From NCBI GenBank assembly GCA_040954595.2, contig CM082583.2, positions 13,182,987 through 13,246,986 on the forward strand: a stretch of DNA of 64,000 nucleotides, in the 5' to 3' direction. The notes under the pieces are model-generated. The model ran no database searches. It was given only the letters and a program-made list of their open reading frames with translations, and was not told the origin of the DNA. Shown piece after piece: positions 63,312 through 64,000 of this stretch. Position numbers and translations under genes: made by a program. Source of the stretch: Balanoglossus misakiensis. Taxonomy: Eukaryota; Animalia; Hemichordata. How positions within the stretch are numbered: the stretch's first letter is position 1; each line of letters starts with the position of its first letter.

Positions 63312-64000
63312 TTCTTCCGCTTCATTCCCTCACAACCAACGAATTAAAAATATGTCCCTGTAAAACACCAGCTTGCCCGAAACCGTGGGAGCCCCACATC
63401 CAGTGATCCACTGTCCACTTTGTTGTCAAGAGACCGAGATTTCTGGCAGCATCATCTGGTATGTGTCTCCTCACAAACGCGCGCTGAAAGTCGATCTTCT
63501 AGGAATGATTTACTGCAACAGGATCAAATGGTGGCAAAGATTGTTTACATCAACATCTACGACTTGTGAAATCAGATACCTCTCTTGACCATCATGTCAC
63601 GACCACGCACCATCACCGTCAACTCCCCCTTCTATTTTCGTCAACTTCTGGCCCGGACCAAGTCAGACTCCCTAACGACATATTTTATCCTCATGTAAAC
63701 AATTATCCTTTCACATATATAATAAACTTTTTACGAGTTTTCCCGAAGCATAAACATCGCTGAGAGAAGGTCCAATTGATGTGGCAGGTTATTTACCCCC
63801 GAACTCTTACATGCGACACAAATTCTTCAGGATCATCTGACCGAGAACTGACTACAAATCAAACTTTCAGAGATCTAGCCCTGTCAAATTTTCACTTGGA
63901 TGGCCACGCGAAATAGTCAGAAGAATTATGAATGACACGCCCTGTTTACCAAATGGTGTGGAAATGTGTAAATTATGTTATATTTTTGTAGACGTTTGTA

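Noticed and set aside
1-64000. CRISPR arrays, rRNA/tRNA genes, autonomous transposons or prokaryotic operons
   Set aside because: I saw no regularly spaced direct repeats, structural RNA signatures, or transposase or reverse-transcriptase ORFs; gene structures are spliceosomal.

Overview
Eukaryotic (animal) genomic DNA: AT-rich, spliceosomal GT-AG introns, probably a marine invertebrate bilaterian (taxon cannot be fixed from the sequence). I saw no prokaryotic features, rRNA, tRNA or CRISPR arrays. Six protein-coding genes could be reconstructed by hand from splice sites and reading frame. (1) A CSPG4/NG2/kon-tiki orthologue (+), two giant exons at 22289-29974; its signal-peptide exon was not found, so bases 1-22288 are probably a very long intron. 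(2) A TMEM53/DUF829-like alpha/beta-hydrolase-fold protein ending in SKL (+). (3) IQCH (-, 21 coding exons), head-to-head with (4) AAGAB/p34 (+, 8 exons), start codons 260 bp apart. (5) GLMP/NCU-G1 (+, 7 exons) with TFEB/MITF-type motifs at its start. (6) A 1360-aa single-domain receptor tyrosine phosphatase (-, 11 exons) with a mucin-like ectodomain and a non-canonical active site (WPH instead of WPD, HCSPGTGRT instead of HCSAGxGRT). Most interesting leads: the probable pseudo- or altered-specificity receptor PTP, a candidate recursive splice site in the long CSPG4 intron, a probable peroxisomal TMEM53-like hydrolase, the conserved IQCH-AAGAB bidirectional pair, and several small MITE-like elements. 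All exon coordinates are manual predictions without transcript support.
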